Assembly: GCA_965659745.1 (NCBI GenBank)
Contig: CBFHXF010000002.1
Span: 2,676 to 66,675, forward strand
DNA from: Bacteroidia bacterium
GTDB taxonomy: Bacteria; Bacteroidota; Bacteroidia; NS11-12g; UBA955
Direction: 5' to 3'
Length of the DNA stretch: 64,000 bases
Below the pieces are notes generated by a model. The model did not search any database, was not told the origin of the DNA, and was given only the letters and a program-made list of their open reading frames with translations. Positions 46,956 through 55,673 of the stretch are shown piece after piece (position 1 is the stretch's first letter; each line of letters opens with the position of its first letter). The position numbers were made by a program, and so were the translations under genes.

Positions 46956-49900
46956 GTGAAAATAAATAAAATATTCATATCGATGTGCCTGTGCATTTTC
47001 ACCTTTATTCGTGCACATGCGCTTCCTTCTGAACAACCCTTGTTTATTCCTAATAAGGGACAATTCCCTAAAGAGGTGTTTGCGCAAGCCAAATTCAACT
47101 CTCAATTGGTTTGGATCACACAATCGGGTGTTTGGATTCAATTTTTCAAAGAAGAGGAACTAAATAAATTACACGATAAATCTATTGAAAATCAGGTATT
47201 AAACACCCAGGTAGTTCAAATGGATTTTAACAATGCACATTTTAGAGTTCCTAATTTTGATGGACAACGATCTTCAGAAGTTTATAACTACTTCTTAGGG
47301 AAAAATCGGCAATCGTGGGTTACGGATATACACAAATTCAGTCGCTTAAGGTTTGATGACATTTATGATGGGATAGATCTAGAATTTATTGCCGGACCAG
47401 GGGGACTTAAATACAATTGGATTGTGCACAACGGAGCCAATCCCAATCAAATAAAAATCAGTTATAAAGGGGCTCAATTACAAAGAGTTGGTGACATCGA
47501 ATATCAATTATTAGACGATTCAGGAAATGTATTATATACTGAGTCGATGCCTGAGATCTACCAATTAAACGAGCCACAAAATCAAAGAGCCGGCATTTAT
47601 GTAGTATCTAATAATTCGGCAACCATAAAATTGGAAGAACCCATTACAACCGACAAAGATGCTACATGGATTATAGATCCTTTTTTGGTTTTTAGCACCT
47701 ATAGTGGGTCACTTGCGGATAATTTTGGTTGCACAGGAACCTATGATTATTTGGGAAATGCGTATTCCGGGGGTACGGTTTTTAACTTTGGACTTCCTAC
47801 CACTACCGGGGCGGTACAAGTAGATTTTGCAGGCGGAAAAAATGAAAATTTAGGTTATGGAGGCAGCCGAGATGCCGCAATCTTAAAGTTCAATACCATC
47901 GGAAATAGTCTGTTGTTTTGTACTTATTTAGGCGGAAATAATAACGAACAACCGCATTCTATGGTGGTAGATTCTCAGTTTAACCTCTTTATTATGGGCA
48001 CCACCCGTTCTAAAAATTTCCCTGTTACCGCAAACGCCTTTGATACCTCTCAAAATGGGGATTATGATTATTTTATCACCCGATTAAATAAAAATGGAAG
48101 CGCTTTGTTAGGCTCCACTTATTTTGGATCCACCGGTTTAGATGGGGTAGGCGCTGATAGATCCAATCGCAATGTGAATGACTTTCCCCTTATTTACAAT
48201 TACGCAGATGAATTTCGAGGAGAAATCATTGAAGATAGCGAAAATGTTTATGTAGGAGGGGTTACCTATTCCACGGATTTTCCCCATACCGTAAGAACTT
48301 CTTATCCTACGACCTTTTCGGCTTCGAATGGTGTGATGTTTTCTTTCAATAAAAATTTAAACAACCTGAATTGGTCACATGTAATAGGTACCAATCAAGA
48401 TAATTTTGATGCGATTTACGGAATCGCGTTGAACGATTCTGGTCAAATTTTTGGTGCTGGTGGTACGTATTCATCACAAACTAACAGAAACGATTTCTTG
48501 GTGCATTATGGAGCTAATTGGTTTGGAGAGGGTAATAATGGACTAAATGGAACTTCCGCAGATGCAATTGTAATGCGATTGAATATATTAAATGGTGAAT
48601 ATCAAAACGGTCGATATTTTGGAACCGGTGAATATGACCAAGCTTTTTTTGTACAAACGGATAATGCAGGCAGACCGTATATTTTTGGACAAACAGAAGG
48701 GAGTTTGCCTGCTATAAATGCCCGATATCATGATGATAGAAACAACGGACAATTTATTGCACGATTTAGTAAGAATTTAGGAGCTATTGAATTGCAATCG
48801 TGTTTTGGAGCCAACGGGAATCTACCCAATATAAGTCCGTCTGCGTTTTTAATAGATAGATGCGAACGCATATTTATCTCAGGTTGGGGTGGAAATACCA
48901 ATTCCGCTTTATATGATGTTAATACAGGAAACGAAAAAACATTTAGAAATAGAGGCAATACGCGTAATCTGCCATTGACGGCAGATGCGATTCAACGGCA
49001 AACCGATGGAAGCGATTTTTACGTGGCCGTTTTTGCAAAAAATATGTACGATTTGGCTTTTGCAACCTATTTCGGCGGCATTAGCCGTTTGAATGCGGAA
49101 GCGGAGGAGCATGTAGATGGTGGCACGAGTCGATTCGATAAAAAAGGCATAATATATCAAAGTTTGTGCGGAGGTTGCAGACAGAATGGAGTGTATCCAA
49201 CCACACCCGGAGCATGGAGTCGGAACATGCCGAGTTCCAATTGCAATAATGCCATGTTTAAAATTGACGTGGAAAATCTGAATAGAAAGCCATTAATGAA
49301 TCCCGATTTTGTTCAAATAATTGCTAACGACAAAATAGATATTTCTCTTCAAGCTAAAGATCCCGACCTTCATGACACGGTAAGGCTCTACGCACGTTTC
49401 CGGAACCTACCCGCGTTTTTAGGAAGCGATACTCCAATAATTGTTACTCAAGAAGGGATCGGATCTGCTAACGTTAGCGTGAAATGGCAAACCAATTGTA
49501 AATCGGTATTAACGGATACCCTCATAATCGACGTTATGGTGTTTGATTGCGGATGTCCTACCGCAGATACGTTTTACACGACCATTAAAATATTGGTTAC
49601 CCCGCCGCCTTTAGTGTTACCCCCAGATGCCATTTGTGTATTATTTGAACGCTTTCAAAATCGGATGCGCATCGAATGGCCCTCGCAAACGGCCAATAGT
49701 GCCTATTTTAAATATTTCCTTTTGGTAAAGACCTTTCCTGATGGAACCCAAACAATACTAGACACCCTTAGATCTAATGCCGCCGGTTTTTTTGTAGACG
49801 ATAACGTGTTGGATCCTCACATAAATAACTACTGTTATGAAATTATTGCGGTAAATATTTGTGACAAGGTAGTTAATGCACCTTACAAATGGTGCAGTGT

Positions 49901-50762
49901 GAGCTCGTTAAATTCGCCGCTTACACCGGTTCATTTAATTAGTGCAAGTGTTTTTGAAGACAAAAGGGTAGATGTGAAATGGGAGATGTCTCAAGAACCT
50001 GAATTCAAAGACTTTGAGGTTTACCGATATAAAAAAGGAGTGGGAACCAAACCCGGAATGCCCTTTTTAATTACCAAAGACACCTTTTTAACAGATTCCT
50101 CATTCGATGTTGACTTAGAATCTTATTGCTATGAAATTGTAGTTACAGATAAATGTGGCCACATAAGTAACGCCTCCAATCTGGGCTGTAATGTGGTTTT
50201 AAAAGGAAGTTCAAAATACTGGCCCGATCCTTATTTTGATTTAGAGTGGGATGATTATAGGGGGTGGCAAAACGGGGTATCCAATTGGGTTATTGAAAGA
50301 AAACACGAGGGAAATCAAGGTTTTGGGTTCTTAGGTTCCACAAGTGGCGATAGAACTTTTAGAGATGCTGATTTAGACTATGATTGGGGTGGATACTCTT
50401 TTCGAGTTACCGGGAAAGAATCGATTCAAGGCGGGCAGGTTGATTATAACGCGACAACTGAAAGTAACTGGATTTACTTGATTCAGCCTCCTGAAGTATG
50501 GGTGCCGGATGCATTCACGGTGAACGGCGATGGAATCAATGAGAATTGGGGGACCTTTCCGCTATTCGTTAGGAAATACTCCATGAAGGTATATGATAGG
50601 TGGGGTAAGAAAATATGGGAATCTACCGCAAAAAAGCAGCAATGGGATGGAATGTACAACGAAAAACAAGTACCCGATGGGGTATATGCGTGGCTACTGA
50701 CCTTCGAAGGTTGGGATAATGAAACGTATCAAAAAACAGGCACCGTTTTGGTAATTCATTAA
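46956..50762 (+). CDS. giant surface protein with beta-propeller (SBBP-like) repeats and T9SS type B C-terminal domain
   Basis: GTG start with signal peptide MKINKIFISMCLCIFTFIRAHA. Repeated Y/F-GG...D motifs run through the N-terminal two-thirds. The C-terminus VPDAFTVNGDGINENW...VYDRWGKKIWE...QWDGMY...GVYAWLL is the type B CTD signature. Confidence 0.8.
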   Translation: MKINKIFISMCLCIFTFIRAHALPSEQPLFIPNKGQFPKEVFAQAKFNSQLVWITQSGVWIQFFKEEELNKLHDKSIENQVLNTQVVQMDFNNAHFRVPNFDGQRSSEVYNYFLGKNRQSWVTDIHKFSRLRFDDIYDGIDLEFIAGPGGLKYNWIVHNGANPNQIKISYKGAQLQRVGDIEYQLLDDSGNVLYTESMPEIYQLNEPQNQRAGIYVVSNNSATIKLEEPITTDKDATWIIDPFLVFSTYSGSLADNFGCTGTYDYLGNAYSGGTVFNFGLPTTTGAVQVDFAGGKNENLGYGGSRDAAILKFNTIGNSLLFCTYLGGNNNEQPHSMVVDSQFNLFIMGTTRSKNFPVTANAFDTSQNGDYDYFITRLNKNGSALLGSTYFGSTGLDGVGADRSNRNVNDFPLIYNYADEFRGEIIEDSENVYVGGVTYSTDFPHTVRTSYPTTFSASNGVMFSFNKNLNNLNWSHVIGTNQDNFDAIYGIALNDSGQIFGAGGTYSSQTNRNDFLVHYGANWFGEGNNGLNGTSADAIVMRLNILNGEYQNGRYFGTGEYDQAFFVQTDNAGRPYIFGQTEGSLPAINARYHDDRNNGQFIARFSKNLGAIELQSCFGANGNLPNISPSAFLIDRCERIFISGWGGNTNSALYDVNTGNEKTFRNRGNTRNLPLTADAIQRQTDGSDFYVAVFAKNMYDLAFATYFGGISRLNAEAEEHVDGGTSRFDKKGIIYQSLCGGCRQNGVYPTTPGAWSRNMPSSNCNNAMFKIDVENLNRKPLMNPDFVQIIANDKIDISLQAKDPDLHDTVRLYARFRNLPAFLGSDTPIIVTQEGIGSANVSVKWQTNCKSVLTDTLIIDVMVFDCGCPTADTFYTTIKILVTPPPLVLPPDAICVLFERFQNRMRIEWPSQTANSAYFKYFLLVKTFPDGTQTILDTLRSNAAGFFVDDNVLDPHINNYCYEIIAVNICDKVVNAPYKWCSVSSLNSPLTPVHLISASVFEDKRVDVKWEMSQEPEFKDFEVYRYKKGVGTKPGMPFLITKDTFLTDSSFDVDLESYCYEIVVTDKCGHISNASNLGCNVVLKGSSKYWPDPYFDLEWDDYRGWQNGVSNWVIERKHEGNQGFGFLGSTSGDRTFRDADLDYDWGGYSFRVTGKESIQGGQVDYNATTESNWIYLIQPPEVWVPDAFTVNGDGINENWGTFPLFVRKYSMKVYDRWGKKIWESTAKKQQWDGMYNEKQVPDGVYAWLLTFEGWDNETYQKTGTVLVIH

Positions 50763-51721
50763 TTTTCACGCCCCAATAACCACTCCGATAACTCGGTTAA
50801 TAATGTAATATCGTATCCCCAATCTTTTAGTTGGTTCAAATCATTCATGCTTTTTTGATGATAAGAGGCGGCCAATTCTTGAATGCCTTTGTCGAGACCT
50901 AGACTTCTCCAATGTGAAATAACTGGTTCTATACGGACCTCCCCTTGAATTTCAAAAAGGGAATGGGTTAGATCTGGATCTAATTCTAGAGATTTGATTT
51001 TTAACCACGTGTTTTTTCCTTCAAGGATATCACCACCTTGTTTTTTGCCGGTTTTTGTTTCGTCTCCAAAGGTGTCTAAATAGTCGTCCATCATTTGGAA
51101 GCTCATTCCTGTTTGCAGGGCAAAATCATAAAAGGTTTCGGCATGTTCTGATTTTCCACCTGCACTTAAGAATCCCATTTTTAAAGCGGCGCCCAAAAGT
51201 ACAGCCGTTTTTTGACGGATCATATCCAAATAGGCAACTTCGGTAACTTGGGCTCCTGGAGCCGCAAAATCCATGTCCTTTTGCTGTCCTTCACATACTT
51301 CTATGGCCGTTTTGATGTAACAATTTAATATTTCATCCTTATTCGGACCCGAGTATTGATTCCAAATCTCAAATGTTTTTACCAATAAATTATCACCCGA
51401 TAAGATAGCAGTAGGTATGTCCCATTTGATATGTACGGTAGGTTTGCCTCTGCGTACATCCGCACGATCCATTATATCGTCGTGTACTAAACTGAAGTTA
51501 TGGAAAACTTCAACCAAATGAGCGATAGGCAATGCATTTTTTTCATCGCCATTTGCAGATTGATTGCCTATGAGGCCAAGCAATGGACGTATCCGTTTTC
51601 CCCCAAGAGAAAGGATATAGTTCATCGGCTCATATAAATTTTCAGGACTCCCGATAAATGGGTTTTCCAATAAATAATTGAAATAGGCTTTTTGTAAATA
51701 TTGTATTCGAGAATTTATCAT
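50759..51721 (-). CDS. polyprenyl diphosphate synthase (trans-isoprenyl)
   Basis: 320 aa with the first DDxxD motif LVHDDIMD and the second FQMMDDYLD. Confidence 0.88.
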   Translation of the reverse strand: MINSRIQYLQKAYFNYLLENPFIGSPENLYEPMNYILSLGGKRIRPLLGLIGNQSANGDEKNALPIAHLVEVFHNFSLVHDDIMDRADVRRGKPTVHIKWDIPTAILSGDNLLVKTFEIWNQYSGPNKDEILNCYIKTAIEVCEGQQKDMDFAAPGAQVTEVAYLDMIRQKTAVLLGAALKMGFLSAGGKSEHAETFYDFALQTGMSFQMMDDYLDTFGDETKTGKKQGGDILEGKNTWLKIKSLELDPDLTHSLFEIQGEVRIEPVISHWRSLGLDKGIQELAASYHQKSMNDLNQLKDWGYDITLLTELSEWLLGREN

Positions 51722-53817
51722 TCTATTAAAATTAAATCTATGGTTCGTTCTTCGGGTAGGGCGCGCTTCACTTTTACGTATAAATAATCGCCCAATTGAT
51801 AGGTGCGTTTGGTTCTTTTACCAACAACGATTCTTTTATCTTCAACGAATGTAAAACGATCAAATGTGATATCGCGCAATCGTATTAATCCTTCCGCATG
51901 ATATTCCGAAATAGTGGCATATATACCCCACTCGGTAACACCAGTTACACGCGCTTCAAAAGACTCTCCTTCATGGCGTTGCATCAATTCGGTTAATTTA
52001 TACTTGATACTGGCACGTTCGGCATCGGATGCCATTTGCTCGCGATTGCTTGAATGTTTGGCAAGTGCTTCGATCAATTCGGGCTTTAATAAAGCCTTAG
52101 AATAATTGCTTTGTAAGTATTCAAATAATAACCGGTGGGCTAATAAATCCGGATATCGACGGATGGGAGAGGTGAAGTGGGTATAAAAAGGAAATGCCAA
52201 TCCGAAATGGCTTGTTTTTTGTCCGGTATAAACGGCTTTAGCCATGGTTCTAATCGACATTTGTTGCAATAATTCTTGTTCTGGCTTGCCTTCGGTTCTT
52301 TCCAAAAGGGTGTTGAAGGAAGCCCTCATTACCTTTTCATTTTCAATTTGAATGGGGTAGCCCAGTTGTCTGCAAAATTTAGCAAATTCAATCAATTTAT
52401 CCGGGGGAGGCTCATCGTGTGTGCGATAAATGAACGGTACTGGAGGTGTTTTGGCGTCATATACCGTCTTGGCCACAATTTTATTGGCCAGCAACATATA
52501 TGTTTCAATCAGTTTATGGGTGTCAAAACGTTTCTTTTCTATTACTTGGGTCGGGAGTAAGTCAGCATCTAATAAAAACCTCAACTCTTTGGATTCAAAT
52601 TTCAAAGCTCCTTCTTTATAACGAATTTCCTCGTGCTTTTTGGCAATGGTGTTTAACAAGGCCAATTCAGTATAATGACTACCTAGTTTTTCATCTAACT
52701 GATTTTGAGCCGTTTCGTATGAAAATCGGAAGTCGCTATGAATGATGGTTTTGGTAATTCTAGTGTTATGGATATGAAAATTCTTATCGAACTCAATAAT
52801 TACCGAAAAAGCGTAGCGATCTTCATTGGGGCGCAAAGAACACAAATCATTACTCAACACTTCCGGAAGCATGGGTATGGTTCTGTCTACTAAATAAACG
52901 GAGGTAGCTCTGTTCGCGGCCTCTTTATCAAGTTCGGTTCCCGGCTTTACGTAATGTTCAACATCGGCAATATGTACTCCAATTTCAATATTCCCGGATT
53001 CTAAATGTCGAATGGAAAGAGCGTCGTCAAAGTCTTTCGCATCCTCTGGATCAATAGTAAACGTACATACATCTCGAAAATCTTCACGATAATCGGCCAT
53101 TTTTATTTCGTGAGACACGGCCTCACTTTCTAACAATACCTCTTTTGGGAATTGGGTACTGAATCCAAATTCGGCCACTATCGCGTGAATTTCGGTATCG
53201 TGTGCTCCTGGAACCCCAAATACTTCAACGATTTCACCAATGGGAAATCTGCTATTTCTAGGAAAATCGGTCACTTTTACAAGTGCCTTATGACCGTCTA
53301 ATGCATTATCAACATCACCTTGGATTTCAATATCGGGCAATCCACTTCCGGGTGAAAGTAAATAAGCTCTGTTGTCAAAAACATCCAGTGTTCCCATTAT
53401 TTTAGGTGGATTGCGCGATAATAATACTACGTCTTCAAAGGATTGACGTTTGCCCTTTTGGGTATACGAAACTTCAACTAGATCTCCTGGCAATAATTTA
53501 TCGGTTACTCTCGTAGGCAGGTAAACCCATTCGCGATCGTCTTTTTCAAGCACCAATTCGCCCCGTTTACTGGCAGTTATGGTTCCCCGTAAAACTTGAC
53601 CACTAATTATAGCCTGAAACTGTCCTTTTGAAGGTTGTCTTGCTTTCTTCTTTTGCACAAGAGATAATAAGGCTAGATGAATTTGTTCTTTTGAGATGTT
53701 GGCATCTATAGGAAGGCGGGAGTAAATGCGATTGACATTTAAGCTGCCTTTTTTCTGGTCGCTCAATATGGCATATACCACTTGCTCGACGAAACTTGGT
53801 TTTTTATTTGTATTCAA
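51718..53817 (-). CDS. rnr: ribonuclease R
   Basis: 699 aa with the RNB catalytic region (DPEDAKDFDDALS, HIADVEHYV) and a C-terminal S1 domain. Confidence 0.9.
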   Translation of the reverse strand: MNTNKKPSFVEQVVYAILSDQKKGSLNVNRIYSRLPIDANISKEQIHLALLSLVQKKKARQPSKGQFQAIISGQVLRGTITASKRGELVLEKDDREWVYLPTRVTDKLLPGDLVEVSYTQKGKRQSFEDVVLLSRNPPKIMGTLDVFDNRAYLLSPGSGLPDIEIQGDVDNALDGHKALVKVTDFPRNSRFPIGEIVEVFGVPGAHDTEIHAIVAEFGFSTQFPKEVLLESEAVSHEIKMADYREDFRDVCTFTIDPEDAKDFDDALSIRHLESGNIEIGVHIADVEHYVKPGTELDKEAANRATSVYLVDRTIPMLPEVLSNDLCSLRPNEDRYAFSVIIEFDKNFHIHNTRITKTIIHSDFRFSYETAQNQLDEKLGSHYTELALLNTIAKKHEEIRYKEGALKFESKELRFLLDADLLPTQVIEKKRFDTHKLIETYMLLANKIVAKTVYDAKTPPVPFIYRTHDEPPPDKLIEFAKFCRQLGYPIQIENEKVMRASFNTLLERTEGKPEQELLQQMSIRTMAKAVYTGQKTSHFGLAFPFYTHFTSPIRRYPDLLAHRLLFEYLQSNYSKALLKPELIEALAKHSSNREQMASDAERASIKYKLTELMQRHEGESFEARVTGVTEWGIYATISEYHAEGLIRLRDITFDRFTFVEDKRIVVGKRTKRTYQLGDYLYVKVKRALPEERTIDLILIE

Positions 53818-53821
53818 TGTG

Positions 53822-55102
53822 TTATTCGTAGTAGTCTAAATCTTTGTGGAAAGACTCCTCGACGTGCAAAGTTCCCCAAATTGCAAGAGAAACGCAAATT
53901 ATTCCGACGAACATTGCTGAGTGAATAGGGGAATCAAAAACCACTTCGAAATACTCATAGCTCCAAGTGATAATTAAAATTCCACCGCGTACAAAATTCG
54001 GCACTGTAGCGGCAACCGTACTTCTAATATTTGTGCCAAATTGTTCAGATGCATTGGTTACAAACAAAGCCCAGTATCCAGTCGAGATTCCTAACATCAA
54101 TGCCAAAAAGCGATAGTAATTAGGCGAGCCAATAGGACCGTATAAATATAATCCCATTATTAAGATAATGCTCGAGAGGTAAATCAGGATTACTTTTTTA
54201 CGACTTTGCATGACTTGCGACAATATTCCCGACAATAAATCACCACTAGAGAGACCTACATAGCTCCAAAGTACCATTTCTTTGGTTGGAATGAGTTCTA
54301 AAATGTGTTCGTTTCCTGTAATTGCAGGAAGAAACCGGTGTGCTAGTGCTATTAAAACTCCAACCACAAACCATACCGGTAAGCCAATGACGATGCAAGC
54401 CAAATATTTAAGAAATGTTTTTTTATCTTGAAAGAGCTGAAAGAAATTGCCTCTCTTTACAATCTCTTCACCTTCTAGTTTTTGGAACATATTGCTCTCA
54501 AAAGTACCAGCGCGCAGCAATAACAACAGTAAACCCATGCCTCCGCCGACGATATACGCCACTTGCCAGTTGGCCACCGGACTTCCGATAATGGATTCGA
54601 TTATGCCACCGAGCCAATCTCCCTGATTCGAAACGAAGAAGGCGGCAACCGCGCCTAATGCACCAAACGTTACAATAATCATCGTTCCAATTCCCCGTTT
54701 TTTAATAGGCATCAATTCGGCAACTAAGGTAATGGCAGCCCCAAGCTCTCCCGCAAGTCCTAAACCCGCTATGAAACGCCACATCTTGTAAGCCCAAAGT
54801 GTGGTGACGAATGCATTCGCAATGTTGGCAATGCTGTAAATTAATATACTTCCAAACAAAACACTCACACGGCCTTTTTTATCGCCGTAAATCCCCCAAA
54901 ACAAACCGCCCAATAACATTCCCGCCATTTGCCAGCGAAAAAGCACAGTTTCATTGGTAAGGAAATCAATGGAAAGGGCATCTAAGCTTTCTTTTTTGAT
55001 GATATTGAATAAAATCAAATCGTAGATATCAACAAAATAGCCTAAGGAGGCTACTACAATCAAAATAGCAATGTTTTTAGTAGATTTAACCGTCGTGTCC
55101 AT
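53822..55102 (-). CDS. MFS transporter
   Basis: About 12 TM helices with an MFS loop motif GIYGDKKGR between TM2 and TM3. I trimmed the start to the ATG at 55102 to avoid overlap with the upstream gene. Confidence 0.75.
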   Translation of the reverse strand: MDTTVKSTKNIAILIVVASLGYFVDIYDLILFNIIKKESLDALSIDFLTNETVLFRWQMAGMLLGGLFWGIYGDKKGRVSVLFGSILIYSIANIANAFVTTLWAYKMWRFIAGLGLAGELGAAITLVAELMPIKKRGIGTMIIVTFGALGAVAAFFVSNQGDWLGGIIESIIGSPVANWQVAYIVGGGMGLLLLLLRAGTFESNMFQKLEGEEIVKRGNFFQLFQDKKTFLKYLACIVIGLPVWFVVGVLIALAHRFLPAITGNEHILELIPTKEMVLWSYVGLSSGDLLSGILSQVMQSRKKVILIYLSSIILIMGLYLYGPIGSPNYYRFLALMLGISTGYWALFVTNASEQFGTNIRSTVAATVPNFVRGGILIITWSYEYFEVVFDSPIHSAMFVGIICVSLAIWGTLHVEESFHKDLDYYE

Positions 55103-55107
55103 AGAAA

Positions 55108-55566
55108 TTAGTTGTTTGTCAAAGATGCACAAAATTTTTCGAGTTCGAGTGCATCTGTAGCATCAAAAGTATCAAAATCAGCACTATCTATATCCAAAAC
55201 ACCCCAAATCTTATTATCAATAAAAATGGGCACCACGATTTCGGAATTTGAAACTTCGCTACAGGCTATGTGACCTGGAAATAAGTGCACATTGGGAACC
55301 ACTATGCTTTTTTCCTTTTCCCAAGCCGTTCCGCAAACTCCTTTTCCTTTGGGAATTGTTGTACACGCCACTGGCCCTTGGAAGGGTCCGAGGTGTAAAT
55401 TATTTCCCTCGACTAAATAAAAACCAACCCACCATGGTTGCAGTTCCTTATGCAAGAGGGCACAGGCATTGCTTAAATTGGAGTACCAAGGGACTTCTGG
55501 ATCATATAAACCTGACCATTGAGCATGAATGTTTTGGTAAATTTGAATTTTAGAGGGTTGGTTCAT
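55108..55566 (-). CDS. msrC: GAF-domain free methionine-(R)-sulfoxide reductase (YebR/fRMsr-like)
   Basis: 152 aa with WVGFYL, LGPFQGPVACTTIPKGKGVCG, FPGHIACS and EIVVPI...GVLDIDS, matching the fRMsr family pattern. Confidence 0.8.
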   Translation of the reverse strand: MNQPSKIQIYQNIHAQWSGLYDPEVPWYSNLSNACALLHKELQPWWVGFYLVEGNNLHLGPFQGPVACTTIPKGKGVCGTAWEKEKSIVVPNVHLFPGHIACSEVSNSEIVVPIFIDNKIWGVLDIDSADFDTFDATDALELEKFCASLTNN

Positions 55567-55639
55567 GTCTTATTTGCAAGAATTTAAAAAATGTTTAGGA
55601 AAAAAGTCATCAAAATTAGTGAAAACCCCGTTACGGCTG

Positions 55640-55647
55640 TAAATTTG
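55640..55647 (+). promoter_or_regulatory. -7 promoter box (TAAATTTG) for the SNF2 helicase gene
   Basis: Matches TAnnTTTG 26 nt upstream of the ATG at 55674. Confidence 0.4.
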
Positions 55648-55673
55648 AGGTTTCTGTTTCACAAAAGTGCAAT

